Source: a virus (Duplodnaviria > Caudoviricetes). From it: a stretch of DNA of 64,000 bases. This document shows positions 32,719 through 42,876 of the stretch, piece after piece (positions within the stretch are counted from its first letter, which is position 1; every line of letters begins with the position of its first letter). Position numbers and translations under genes: made by a program. The stretch is taken from positions 1 through 64,000 of IMG/VR virus record IMGVR_UViG_3300021387_000994. One strand, given 5' to 3'. The notes beneath the pieces are model-generated. The model saw only the letters and a list, made by a program, of their open reading frames with translations, searched no databases and had not been told where the DNA came from.

Positions 32719-33147
32719 ATGGATTTAAACGAAAGATTTAATGTATTGGTGCAAGGTGTTGAAATTGCACAAAAAAGTGGAGTTCTTACTTTAGATGATG
32801 CTGCTAAAGCAAAAACTGCAATTGATTCCATTCAAAAAGGTGAAAATTTAAGAGACGAATTATTCAAACTTTCAGAGATTTGTGAATTTGCTCAAAAGAA
32901 AGGTGTGTATAATCTTGCAGATGCACATACAATTTTCCTTGCCGCTGACCAGATTGGTGCAGAAATTGATAAATTCTTGATTAGTCAAGAGAAACCACAC
33001 GAAGTGCCAGATAATGATGTGGAAAAAGAAGAAAGTGAATCTTGGGTAATTCCAAATGGAACCAAAGATGTAGAAGATTGTGAAAAACAAGAGGAAAACA
33101 AGGAATCAGACGGAAAAAAGAAACCATCTAAGAAAAAGGGTAAATAA
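32719..33147 (+). CDS. hypothetical protein (duplicated AQKxGV motif)
   Basis: TTTTGTTATATTTA at 32677-32690 upstream; terminator downstream. Confidence 0.65.
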   Translation: MDLNERFNVLVQGVEIAQKSGVLTLDDAAKAKTAIDSIQKGENLRDELFKLSEICEFAQKKGVYNLADAHTIFLAADQIGAEIDKFLISQEKPHEVPDNDVEKEESESWVIPNGTKDVEDCEKQEENKESDGKKKPSKKKGK

Positions 33148-33258
33148 AACACCAATAGGAACGAAAAAAAGGAGGTCTCTAAGACCTCCTTTTTTTATTT
33201 TTGGATAAAGTACCCACAAAAAGAAAAAGGAGCCAAAATAGACCCCTTTCCGTAAGTT

Positions 33259-33798
33259 TTACATACCATCGGCGACCATTGCCATTGCACCGAGAATTGC
33301 TCTCGTGTGTTCTTTGAGTTCGACATCGTTTTCAACAAGATTTACGACAACCTCATCGTCTGTTGCAAGTGATGTCTGTACATCTACATCCTTCCATCTA
33401 CGGAAACCCTTTTCACAAGTCACCACAATTCTTTCATACCAGTCGAGAGGAAATCTCTTCTTTATTCTCTCTATGTATCTTCCAAGTTCATAGAAACAGA
33501 TTGGTTGGTCTGATTCCAATGTGTTTGCAAAGTACATTGAGAAAATATCACATTTTTCCAACATCTCAAACTCCCACTTGATTTGTTCATCGGCGGCCGA
33601 TGGGTCGTGAATCGGGAAATTTGGTCTCCTTGGATTCATAAGATAGACATCAATATCAGATTCCATTTCAACATTTGTGAAATTTTTAATGATTCTGTCT
33701 TGCCACATAGGACATTTCTGAATACCACCGGCGAGAAAAATCTTTATTGATTTTTTTGAGAAATCTACCTTTTCGGGTGCAGTAACCACTTTTATCAT
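33259..33798 (-). CDS. nucleoside 2-deoxyribosyltransferase-like protein
   Basis: IFLAGGI...WQ, NPRR, QIKWE, PICFYELG. Confidence 0.8.
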   Translation of the reverse strand: MIKVVTAPEKVDFSKKSIKIFLAGGIQKCPMWQDRIIKNFTNVEMESDIDVYLMNPRRPNFPIHDPSAADEQIKWEFEMLEKCDIFSMYFANTLESDQPICFYELGRYIERIKKRFPLDWYERIVVTCEKGFRRWKDVDVQTSLATDDEVVVNLVENDVELKEHTRAILGAMAMVADGM

Positions 33799-33817
33799 AT
33801 TTCAATGTTATTTTGTA

Positions 33818-34657
33818 TCAATTCCAATATAAACTTTCGAACACATCCTTGTTTGTCCTACCTTCTTTTGTCCTACGGAACGAACTGTTCTTACTATCTA
33901 TATATACCTTGTTAATATAGCAATCAATCGGTACGACAAGAGAACCATTTGACTTACCATCAAAACTTAAAACAAATTTAATATCCATCGTGTTCAATAG
34001 TCTTAACTGATTGAAAAAATCATCGAAAACTACTCTACCAAAATATCTGTTTATCCGTGTGTTGTCATAAGGAGGGTCAAGATAAAGAAAGTCTCCTTCT
34101 TCAATTTCTTCAAATATGTCTTTATAATCACAACATCTGAATGTCACCTCATTTACATTTAAAAGTTCACTCCAATCCATAATCACCGGTTGAAGTCTTT
34201 TTGGCTTTATTCCGTCACGAGTCAAATGAAGGGTTCCATTGAACTCTTTATGTTTGTTGTACCTTGGTATTCCGTTTGTACAAGTTCTCATTATGAAGAA
34301 AAACAACATAGGATTTCTCGTTTTATTAAACTCATTTCTGATTTCCTCGAAATATGCACGTTTCATCCCTTTGTTGTCTATAGACTGCATTTTTGACCAC
34401 ATTCTGCTGTACTCATCAAACAGTTCTTCCGGATTATCCTTTACAACATTCCACAAATCAATTAAATCCGGATTTGTATCTGAACATACAAAATCACGAG
34501 CAAACTTCTCATCAGACACCATAAGTTGATACAAGACCGAACACCCTCCACAAAATGGTTCATAGTATGTTCCCATATATTTTGGAAAATAGGATATTAT
34601 CTGCTCACTTTGTATTCTTTTACTTCCAGACCATTTTATAATTGGTTGAAAATCCAT
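33818..34657 (-). CDS. dam: DNA adenine methyltransferase (Dam/D12 class)
   Basis: IKWSGSK, YYEPFCGG, LYLDPPY. Confidence 0.9.
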   Translation of the reverse strand: MDFQPIIKWSGSKRIQSEQIISYFPKYMGTYYEPFCGGCSVLYQLMVSDEKFARDFVCSDTNPDLIDLWNVVKDNPEELFDEYSRMWSKMQSIDNKGMKRAYFEEIRNEFNKTRNPMLFFFIMRTCTNGIPRYNKHKEFNGTLHLTRDGIKPKRLQPVIMDWSELLNVNEVTFRCCDYKDIFEEIEEGDFLYLDPPYDNTRINRYFGRVVFDDFFNQLRLLNTMDIKFVLSFDGKSNGSLVVPIDCYINKVYIDSKNSSFRRTKEGRTNKDVFESLYWN

Positions 34658-35767
34658 TTAAAATCCTATTTTTTTCTTTTCTTCGACAAATTTGTTTTCA
34701 CCGGAAAATAATTCTGCAAGTGATATATCTTTATCAGGTTCTTTCAAACCAAGTTTCTTTGCCGCCTCGATAGCACGTTCCTTTTTCAATTTACCGAAGT
34801 CGTACTTCATTCTGCAACGGCCAGGTCTAAGTAGAGCGTTATCAATATTTTTTTCATTTGTATTAAATGTACAGATAAATTTTATGTTGAGGGCATCGGC
34901 AAGTAGACCATCACTCATATTCAACATGTCTGCAACTGCTGAACTTCTCGTATTATTTTTTGTAACGACTAAATTCTCACAATCCTCAATTACAAATACA
35001 CAATTTCTATTACCCATAAGAAACGATAAAAATTGTGGACTAGTTATATCATTCACAAGATTTGACGGGACATAGACAAACTTCTTATTATTCTTTAGTT
35101 GTTTAATCAAATGTCTTATATATGTGGTCTTACCTGTACCTGCATCACCATGTAAGATATACAATCCATTGTCATCTTCCTTGATACTTCTCACGATTTC
35201 TTTGTTAATTTCCTCAAACCCTTCGTTATACAGTCCGAAATCCAATTCCCCTTTCAATTTTATTTCAAAAGGTTCCATGTAAAAATCATGTGCATGTGCT
35301 ATAATATTGCACATAACCTTGTTATTGTCACCAACATAATCTAAAAGATATTTATTTACTACGGATTTAATAATATCTTTATTCTTATGTGTATGTATTT
35401 CTATACCAGGCCAATTATTTCCAAAAGAAATCAAACACTCGTCATTAAACACAATAAAACCAGTGATAAAAATATCATTCAATATAATTTCTTCTTCGTG
35501 TTCGTCAAACATATCATTCTCATCTGTATTTGAATATCCAACACAAAAATTGGTAAATCCGTCAGCAATTAATTTATCATAAAGACTTTCCACTTTTTTT
35601 AGTCTATCATTACGACCATTATAAGAAATACTAAACGAACAATTTATAGTTGGGTAAAATCCAAAAATAGAAGAGTATATATTCTTCTCATCATCAAGAT
35701 GTGCTCTCATAACGGTCGTGTTTTCTATAGTTTTATCCGTGCCGTATAATTTAAATATTTTTCCCAT
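34658..35767 (-). CDS. AAA+ ATPase
   Basis: LHGDAGTGKTT, VIEDCE, LNMSDGL, DNALLRPGR. Confidence 0.9.
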   Translation of the reverse strand: MGKIFKLYGTDKTIENTTVMRAHLDDEKNIYSSIFGFYPTINCSFSISYNGRNDRLKKVESLYDKLIADGFTNFCVGYSNTDENDMFDEHEEEIILNDIFITGFIVFNDECLISFGNNWPGIEIHTHKNKDIIKSVVNKYLLDYVGDNNKVMCNIIAHAHDFYMEPFEIKLKGELDFGLYNEGFEEINKEIVRSIKEDDNGLYILHGDAGTGKTTYIRHLIKQLKNNKKFVYVPSNLVNDITSPQFLSFLMGNRNCVFVIEDCENLVVTKNNTRSSAVADMLNMSDGLLADALNIKFICTFNTNEKNIDNALLRPGRCRMKYDFGKLKKERAIEAAKKLGLKEPDKDISLAELFSGENKFVEEKKKIGF

Positions 35768-35787
35768 TTGTAAATTTTAATCTTTTT

Positions 35788-37134
35788 TTATACTAAATGA
35801 CTTAATGTATCTACCATATCACTTCTTTCAAAAAGTTTCATCTTATTATAATTAGCATCGATTTTGAACTTAGTATCACGACCCTCACCCTCACGTATTT
35901 TCAATATCTTCAAATAATAAAACGGAACACAAGTACCATCTTCATCTTCATTTCCAACACCCATTCTCATATCATCTGTCTGTATGATACCGAAACAAGT
36001 ATCAACCGTATGTAGAAGACCCATAGATTCGGCAACATCTTCCATATTGATATCAGAACCATTTAGGGCACTACGACCACACTGTGTGGCGGTAATAATT
36101 GAAAGGTTATACTTTACTGCAATACCCCTCAAATCTTCTGCTATCTGTTTGATTTTGAGATATGTGCTCTCACTATTTGGAAGACGGTAGTTTGACATAA
36201 TGTTGATATAGTCAATGATGACCACATCAACCTTGAACTTCTGTGTTTCCTCTACTTCCTTAATATATCTCTCAACATCCAACACGGTACCTTGTCCGGT
36301 AGGGAACTCTTTGATAAAAAGTTTTCCGAGTGGCATTATCGAACTCATTGAAAGATTATTTAGTTTTTTTCTTACCTTGTTCGAATCTTCCACTATAGAA
36401 TCATAATCTTCCAATGTTATATCAAAAAGGTTTGCACCGATTCTTCTTGTAACCTTTGCTGCCGACATCTCACAAGTAATGTAAAGAACATTTTTTCCTT
36501 TACGGACAAACTCAGCAGCATCATTACAAAGGAACACAGACTTACCGGCATTTGTTGCACCGATATAGCACGTAAGTGTTTTAAGGTCGAGACCACCTTT
36601 AGAAATCTTATTAAAATATTCCCAAGTGTATGGTATCTTATAATCTTTTACTGATTTATGAGAATCAACGTCAAAGAAATTACTACCCAAATCTGTATCG
36701 AAAGAAATCAATGAAGTATCGGCGACCATACCCGTGGCTTTATGAACCACATCGACAACATTGTCAAGTGTAATATCGGTTGTCTTAACGTATGTTACTG
36801 CCTTAACTATATTGACATTCAAAGCTCTCCATTGTATCCACCCCTCAGTAGTACCTTTTAACCACTCGTCGTCGTATGAACCTATCTCAACATCATATAT
36901 AGAACGAATGGTTTCAACCGATATTTTCTTATCGTCATCTTTCAAAAGTGAAATCATCTGCTCACAAGACGGAGATTCTTTATACTCTTTGAAGAAATTT
37001 TTGGAAGTAAGTGCAACATACTGAATATCCTCATTGGTAAAGAAATCACCACCTATCGAAAGAAGATAGTTCGGATGTTTCAACATGTAAGCAAATATGA
37101 CTTTCTCCTGTTGTATGCTCGACTTTAATCCCAT
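35788..37134 (-). CDS. gp41: replicative DNA helicase (T4 gp41/DnaB-like)
   Basis: GATNAGKS, ITCEM, IKEFPT, IIDYINI, IAEDLRG, TATQ, AESMGL. Confidence 0.93.
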   Translation of the reverse strand: MGLKSSIQQEKVIFAYMLKHPNYLLSIGGDFFTNEDIQYVALTSKNFFKEYKESPSCEQMISLLKDDDKKISVETIRSIYDVEIGSYDDEWLKGTTEGWIQWRALNVNIVKAVTYVKTTDITLDNVVDVVHKATGMVADTSLISFDTDLGSNFFDVDSHKSVKDYKIPYTWEYFNKISKGGLDLKTLTCYIGATNAGKSVFLCNDAAEFVRKGKNVLYITCEMSAAKVTRRIGANLFDITLEDYDSIVEDSNKVRKKLNNLSMSSIMPLGKLFIKEFPTGQGTVLDVERYIKEVEETQKFKVDVVIIDYINIMSNYRLPNSESTYLKIKQIAEDLRGIAVKYNLSIITATQCGRSALNGSDINMEDVAESMGLLHTVDTCFGIIQTDDMRMGVGNEDEDGTCVPFYYLKILKIREGEGRDTKFKIDANYNKMKLFERSDMVDTLSHLV

Positions 37135-37412
37135 ATCGTTTTCACAATTTTATATGAACTACCACTTTTTTCTATAAACCCTTCACCAAGTAAAGTGTTT
37201 ATTATTTTATCTATTCTATTATTAACCAACTCATCGTCTGTTTCATTGGAGAAATATCTATTTTTAATTTTATCCCTTGAAAACAACTTATCATCCAATG
37301 AAATTGTACATGAGTCATAAAGTACATCCAATGGAGTAGGATAACCGAACAAAGTCTTATTTATTCCAGTTATATATCTTACTTGTATTTTATTTTTGTC
37401 TAATTCTCTCAT
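37125..37412 (-). CDS. hypothetical protein upstream of helicase
   Basis: Likely start ATG 37412 (MRELDK), just after a TTTTGTTATATTT motif; overlaps the gp41 start. Confidence 0.55.
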   Translation of the reverse strand: MRELDKNKIQVRYITGINKTLFGYPTPLDVLYDSCTISLDDKLFSRDKIKNRYFSNETDDELVNNRIDKIINTLLGEGFIEKSGSSYKIVKTIWD

Positions 37413-37452
37413 ATAACTAAAATATAACAAAAAAAGGTGGAGATTATCCACC

Positions 37453-37524
37453 TTTTAACAAAATATCAGGTATATACTTGATTTTTTTGTTAAAATCTAT
37501 AATATACCTGATATTTTGTTAAAA
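37453..37524. repeat. perfect 23-bp inverted repeat with 26-nt spacer
   Basis: TTTTAACAAAATATCAGGTATAT (37453-37475) / ATATACCTGATATTTTGTTAAAA (37502-37524). Confidence 0.85.
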
Positions 37525-37527
37525 ATG

Positions 37528-38187
37528 TTATTCCTCAATGAGTTGTGTTTTGATTTGGTCATCAATGGTTTCTTCTTCCTCCTCAAACAAATCATCTATT
37601 TTTACACCGTCTGCATACTTGAATTCCTCTTGTATGTATCTGTCGAGTCTTTCAAGTCTTTCCTTGGTAAATGCCTTTGATGTGAAAAGTTCCTTTGGTG
37701 TGATTGTCTCACCGTTGTCAAGACAATAGTTTCTTGAAGTTTCACTTGGAACGAAGTACAAAACCTCACCGTCTTTCTTTTCAACACGGATGTACTCATC
37801 ATTTGGTGACTTATTGTATTCTTTTTCTGTGATAAATTTCCCTTTTTGAATACCACATCTCTCAAATGAGATATATTCCTCAAGACCGACATATGGGTTC
37901 ATACCAGAAACATAGGATATATAAAATTTAACAGTTGTTGGTTTACAGAACCTGTTCTTTTCCGGTTTTGCTGTAACAATGATGCCAGTCTGCAAATTGT
38001 CAGAACCCTCCTTGAGTTTTGCCTTTGTCAAATTAAGTATTATTGATGCACCATACACCATACCAGAATTATGGTTCACAACACCATTTTCTGTTACATA
38101 ATGTTGGACATCTTCAACAGTAAGGTCATAAACATCAGTACAACAGTTTTCTTTTACACTTTTTACTTTTAATGTCTTCAATTGCAT
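37528..38187 (-). CDS. uvsX: split intein C-fragment (40 aa) + UvsX/RecA C-extein
   Basis: VYDLTVEDVQHYVTENGVVNHN|S intein blocks F/G, then SGMVYGASII, KNRF, GMNPYVGL. Confidence 0.9.
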   Translation of the reverse strand: MQLKTLKVKSVKENCCTDVYDLTVEDVQHYVTENGVVNHNSGMVYGASIILNLTKAKLKEGSDNLQTGIIVTAKPEKNRFCKPTTVKFYISYVSGMNPYVGLEEYISFERCGIQKGKFITEKEYNKSPNDEYIRVEKKDGEVLYFVPSETSRNYCLDNGETITPKELFTSKAFTKERLERLDRYIQEEFKYADGVKIDDLFEEEEETIDDQIKTQLIEE

Positions 38188-39145
38188 ATTCTATATCTTT
38201 TATTATTTTTTCAATATTGTTGTTTTTAAAATATTTGTCACCGATACGAATTATTCCAATAATATCTTTTCTTTTTGATAGAATAATATTATCTCTTATT
38301 TCATCATATTCAATATCATGCCAAAAATTACCATCATATTCAAACAATATTATATTGTTTTCAAATTCAATATAACCATCGGTAAGGACATATTGTTTTC
38401 CATATTTTGAATATAATTCTGTATTTTGTACATTTATTCCTAAATGCAAATGTTTCAAACCACATAAATGTTTTGAAATTTCATTAAAGAAACACAACTC
38501 CTCTTTGGATTCATAACCTAAATTTTTCTTCCAGTATTTTTCCGGATTTAATCTGTATAATTCTTTTTGTCTTTCTGATTGTTTCTTAATTGCAGATTCA
38601 TACTCATCATCACTTTTATAATTTTCACGACACATTCCGTTTAACTTGTGAACTTGAAATATAGCATCATCCTCTGAAAATCCATTTTCAATCCAATATT
38701 GTTTTGACCACTTACATTTTTTCAGTCTTTCTTTGTATGAATATTTCTTAATCATTTTATCGGAACGTTCTTTTTGTATTTTTTTAATTGTTTCTATATA
38801 TTCCGATTCCGAAACACCCTTATCAATATAATACTCCTTACATAATGGTGACCTTTTTCTCTGTTCAAAACTTATTTTTTCATATATTTCTTCACAATTT
38901 TCCCAACCCATTGATTTCCAATAATCTGTTGACAACACAGATGATGATTTTCCACACCTCAAAGATTTTAGGTATTTGCTAATATCATCAAATTTATTCC
39001 TAATTCTATTTGACTTTGTGTTTAGAAAAACCTCATAGCATTTTTGAACAAGAGATTCATTGTTTTCATTTATGTTTGGAAAACTTTGTTTTAGAAATGA
39101 TTTGAATATTTCAATACAATATATATCCGATACCCTATACTTCAT
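38135..39145 (-). mobile_element. free-standing endonuclease (Vsr/PD-(D/E)XK-like) between the split-intein halves
   Basis: YESKEE..FF, DGYI...ILFEYDGNFWH...DEIRD; YW...G repeats; own CATAAATA at 39165-39172. Confidence 0.75.
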
Positions 39146-39198
39146 TGTTTTTCATATTTTTTATTATTTATGAAAAAAGCAGAGTGGTGGATATGGTA

Positions 39199-40164
39199 TC
39201 ACAATTTCTTTATCTCATTCCCTTCAACCAAATCGGAAGCCTTTATCCATTTTGAATCATCCAATATATCATCAAAATTTTCACCTATAAAGAATCTATG
39301 GTCTTTTGAACAAGTAATTTTACTTCCATCTTCAAACTCTATATCCAATGTGTCTTTTTTAAATCTCCACGTGTTCATAATTTCTTTGTCACCAACAATC
39401 GTCTTCACTTTGTCACCAACACGGATGTCTTCTATATTCTTTAATTCGCCATTTGACATAATAACTTTTGAACCACCAACTAAACATCCTCCAGATTGTA
39501 CGGATGTTGGTATATATGTGTTTGTTGATTCATATACGTGGTTTGACAATGCCATTGTTGCACCGATAATACCCATCTTCATAGAAACAATTCTGAACAA
39601 AGACCTTAATTTCTTTGCTTTTGTCATATCCGCTTTGTCACTCCCTGATTTTGCATCATCAATTTCCTTTTCTGTTGGGAGTCCACCTAATGAATCAAGA
39701 ACAAAAAACACTTTTGGAATTTCCATACCAGATTCTTTCTTTTCAATAAGAAGTTCTATAATCTGTGTAATTGATGTTCTAAATTCCTCAACACTTGTCA
39801 CTGGTTCATATCTGAATTTTTCCGGATTGATACCAAATTGAATTAACATCTTTTTTTCAACAGCATTCTCAGAATCATACCAAATAACAAAATATTCCTT
39901 TTCTATCGCCTCTCTTGCAATATTAAGAAGTAAATATGTTTTTCCAACACCACTAACACCAGACAATGCCGTTATTCTATTATTTGGAATACCACCAAAA
40001 ATACTTCCAGATAAACTTGCATTACAAGCATAATTACCAACTGGAATATAATCAGTAATTTCTGATACTCCAGCATCTTCCGACATCAAACCACCCCATT
40101 TTGAGTTTTTTGACATTTCTTTGTTTAAATCACTAAAACTAAAAATTCCACTTTGTTTAGCCAT
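39199..40164 (-). CDS. uvsX: UvsX/RecA N-extein + split intein N-fragment (95 aa)
   Basis: GGIPNNRITALSGVSGVGKT, YDSENA, LDSLG, NHVY, QSGG|CLVGGSKV..., ITCSKDHRF intein blocks A/B. Confidence 0.92.
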   Translation of the reverse strand: MAKQSGIFSFSDLNKEMSKNSKWGGLMSEDAGVSEITDYIPVGNYACNASLSGSIFGGIPNNRITALSGVSGVGKTYLLLNIAREAIEKEYFVIWYDSENAVEKKMLIQFGINPEKFRYEPVTSVEEFRTSITQIIELLIEKKESGMEIPKVFFVLDSLGGLPTEKEIDDAKSGSDKADMTKAKKLRSLFRIVSMKMGIIGATMALSNHVYESTNTYIPTSVQSGGCLVGGSKVIMSNGELKNIEDIRVGDKVKTIVGDKEIMNTWRFKKDTLDIEFEDGSKITCSKDHRFFIGENFDDILDDSKWIKASDLVEGNEIKKL

Positions 40165-40250
40165 ATACTATAAAATTTATTTTGTTGTACTCTAAATATA
40201 ACAAAAAATATGTCAGGTTCCATAAATATTTTAAACACAAAATTTTTGTA

Positions 40251-40823
40251 ATGATTGATGAAAAATTACCAAAGAAAATAACACTCAATGATATTTTAAA
40301 TCGTAAAAGATGGATATTGGAACTTGTCGATAAATTCGGAATGGATATACCCGATGATATAGATGGTCACGATTTCAAGAAAGTTTGGGACAGATGGGTA
40401 GATAAAGGTGGTGAATCCAACTATTACTTTGCAGAAGAATTAAGAAAAGGATTGAACAAATACCTTATAGAAAAAAATAAAGAAGTGAATGAGTGTGGTG
40501 TTCAAGGTGGTGCAACACCGACAAATGTCGGTGGAATGGGCAACATAGTTTTACCTGGTGGTGAACCAGGTAGCGGTTCACCTGGTTCAGGTGACATTCC
40601 TTTACCATCTCCAACAGGAAAAGTGTATACACAAGTTCAACCATTTGACCAATTTATAAAGAAAAATTGGAAAAATAAGAAAATGAAAAAATCAAAAAGA
40701 AAACGTAGATTGGAAAAAAACAGTGATGCAGAACATACACCAAATGATTCTGTATATGATTATGTTGATGATTTTAGAACATATATACAAAGAACACATA
40801 ATGAAATACTATGGGTATATTAA
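40251..40823 (+). CDS. late hypothetical protein with Gly/Pro-rich segment
   Basis: Likely start 40251 after CATAAATA 40221-40228; VNE site then GGATPTNVGGMGN..GSGD. Confidence 0.55.
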   Translation: MIDEKLPKKITLNDILNRKRWILELVDKFGMDIPDDIDGHDFKKVWDRWVDKGGESNYYFAEELRKGLNKYLIEKNKEVNECGVQGGATPTNVGGMGNIVLPGGEPGSGSPGSGDIPLPSPTGKVYTQVQPFDQFIKKNWKNKKMKKSKRKRRLEKNSDAEHTPNDSVYDYVDDFRTYIQRTHNEILWVY

Positions 40824-40956
40824 AAACTATTATATGTTTAACTATGCTACATCATTTAATCAAGATTTATCAGAATGGGATTTAACTAAAAAAAATACAA
40901 TAGATATGTTTAAAGATTGTCCTATCAAAGACGAATACAAACCTAAAATGAAATAA
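40811..40956 (+). pseudogene. internally deleted DUF285/BspA-family paralog
   Basis: ATG at 40811 encodes MGILKTI (family N-terminus), joined out of frame to MFNYATSFNQDLSEW...CPIKDEYKPKMK (family C-terminus). Confidence 0.8.
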
Positions 40957-41021
40957 AGAGTGATTATTAAATCATTCTTTATTTTTTTCATAAATACTAT
41001 AAATATATAAAATATAATAAC

Positions 41022-42803
41022 ATGGATTATACTAATAAAGGATATTCCCCATTGAACGAAAGTAAAAAGGCATCCGACATTCAAATTGTTTTTTTGAGTT
41101 CAAGAGCAGAAAAAACAGCAAAAAGTTCAAATTCAATGTTTTTCTTTGAAGATGCTGCAAAGAAAGCCGGCCTTAAAATGATAACAATAGACCCAAGTTC
41201 ATCTACTATAAAGAGAAACAGTGAGGATTCATATACGGTTGTGGAAGACAATGGTGGTAAAAAAACTTATGTTTTGAAACCATCAAATACAATTATTGTT
41301 CCAAGACGTACTGTTTTGAAAAACAGTGAGTCGAAAGAATTTATACAAGACTTGCAGACTTATGGATTTTTCTGTTTGAACACACTCGACTCAATAGAGA
41401 CTTGTGAAGATAAGTTTTTGACATATAAAAAACTAAAAAACGCTGGTGTTCCAACACCAAAGACAACCGTTATTACATCATCTTCAATGAATAAACTCGA
41501 TGACAAGATAGACAATATCGGAGGAAAGTTCCCAATTGTTTGTAAGATTCTGAATGGGACACAAGGTGTAGGTGTATTTATCATCGACTCAAAGATGAGT
41601 CTTCGTTCCACTCTACAAACTATGTTCAAACTATCCCCAAAGTCTGACATCATTCTTCAGGAGAAGATTGATTCAGATTATGATTTGAGGGTTCATGTTA
41701 TGTATAATGGATTTGAAAGAATGACATCGGGACTAGATGGTTTTGAAATCATTGGTTGTATGAAAAGAAACCAGCTTGCTGGTGACTTCAGAAGTAACTA
41801 TTCACTCGGTTCAACTGCTGAAAAAGGAACTCTTACACCGGAACAGGAAAAGATTGCAAAGATGGCTGCCAAGGCAACTGGATGTAGATGGTGTGGTGTT
41901 GATTTGATTGTTTCAGCAACAACAAAACAACCTTATGTCATCGAAGTCAATTCATCACCAGGAACAAAAGGTATCACTACAGCAGCAGGTGACGATGTTG
42001 TCGGAACACTCTTCAATATGTTCAAAGACTTCAAATACACCAAGTATGAGTCAGAACAAATCGGTAGTTATGAAACAATAACCATCAAGGATATTTCGAA
42101 AGAAACATCTGCTCTTGATACGGCAATAAAATTTGACGACAATAAGACATTCACAGAACTTGAGTGTTCGTCGGTCAATGCAAAAGATGAAGACGTTTCA
42201 TTTGTTTTCAATGGAGTCACCTATAACCGTGAATTGGTTGGTTTGAAGAAAAACGACCCAATGGTGGAACTCAACTTGAAATTTAACGGAACTGTCTATA
42301 AAAATGAACTCGTTGTGTTGAAACAAGTCAACGACAATATTAATAAGAATCATATGGTTGGTGGTACAAAACTTATCAATCGTGTAGCAAACAACGCTGT
42401 CATCATAGATAAACCTTTCTATCTGACAGACAACACGACAAACTTCGATATACCTAAAAAAACGGTGGAAGAAGGTCTTTTGACAGAGGGTAAAAACTGG
42501 GTGTTCAAAGTCAACGATGAAGAAATTAAACTTGCTGGTTTAAGACAAGTTATTAAATCTTTTGTCGATGGAACAAGGAATAAATATTCAAGAGGAAAAT
42601 GGTCGATTGAAGCAGAAGATTCCAATAATTGGGAACTTATGTACAATGAACAAAAGTTCATCGAATGTAAGGATGCAGAGATAAAGTTCAAACACAATTA
42701 CATGCCGTATAATTTGGCATGTAAAATCTCCGGTGTAATCGAATCAATCATAGAAGGTGCCATTGTCGATATGAGTGTATATCCAGAAACAAAAGAAGTG
42801 TAA
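41022..42803 (+). CDS. rimK: RimK-family ATP-grasp ligase with a degenerate RimK-associated protease-like C-terminal domain
   Basis: CEDK..T...L..AGVPTPKT, K..NGTQGVGV, QEKI...DLRV, FRSNYSLG, GVDLI, IEVNSSPG. Confidence 0.88.
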   Translation: MDYTNKGYSPLNESKKASDIQIVFLSSRAEKTAKSSNSMFFFEDAAKKAGLKMITIDPSSSTIKRNSEDSYTVVEDNGGKKTYVLKPSNTIIVPRRTVLKNSESKEFIQDLQTYGFFCLNTLDSIETCEDKFLTYKKLKNAGVPTPKTTVITSSSMNKLDDKIDNIGGKFPIVCKILNGTQGVGVFIIDSKMSLRSTLQTMFKLSPKSDIILQEKIDSDYDLRVHVMYNGFERMTSGLDGFEIIGCMKRNQLAGDFRSNYSLGSTAEKGTLTPEQEKIAKMAAKATGCRWCGVDLIVSATTKQPYVIEVNSSPGTKGITTAAGDDVVGTLFNMFKDFKYTKYESEQIGSYETITIKDISKETSALDTAIKFDDNKTFTELECSSVNAKDEDVSFVFNGVTYNRELVGLKKNDPMVELNLKFNGTVYKNELVVLKQVNDNINKNHMVGGTKLINRVANNAVIIDKPFYLTDNTTNFDIPKKTVEEGLLTEGKNWVFKVNDEEIKLAGLRQVIKSFVDGTRNKYSRGKWSIEAEDSNNWELMYNEQKFIECKDAEIKFKHNYMPYNLACKISGVIESIIEGAIVDMSVYPETKEV

Positions 42804-42876
42804 AAGATAGAATAAGACTCATAAAACAAAAATAGAAGTTAATTGAAATTAACTTCTATTTTTTCATAAATATAAT

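Noticed and set aside
38188-39201. uvsX interruption as TGA read-through, group I intron or a single contiguous intein
   Set aside because: The uvsX-N frame hits another stop within 20 codons, the nuclease is in a different frame with its own promoter motif, only ~55 nt of non-coding space exists (too little for a ribozyme core), and both halves have proper split-intein ends
157-40956. Diversity-generating retroelement template/variable repeat pair (DUF285 C-terminus vs 40834-40956)
   Set aside because: Differences are not adenine-specific, no reverse transcriptase is in the window, and the relic also retains the gene's first codons, indicating a deletion
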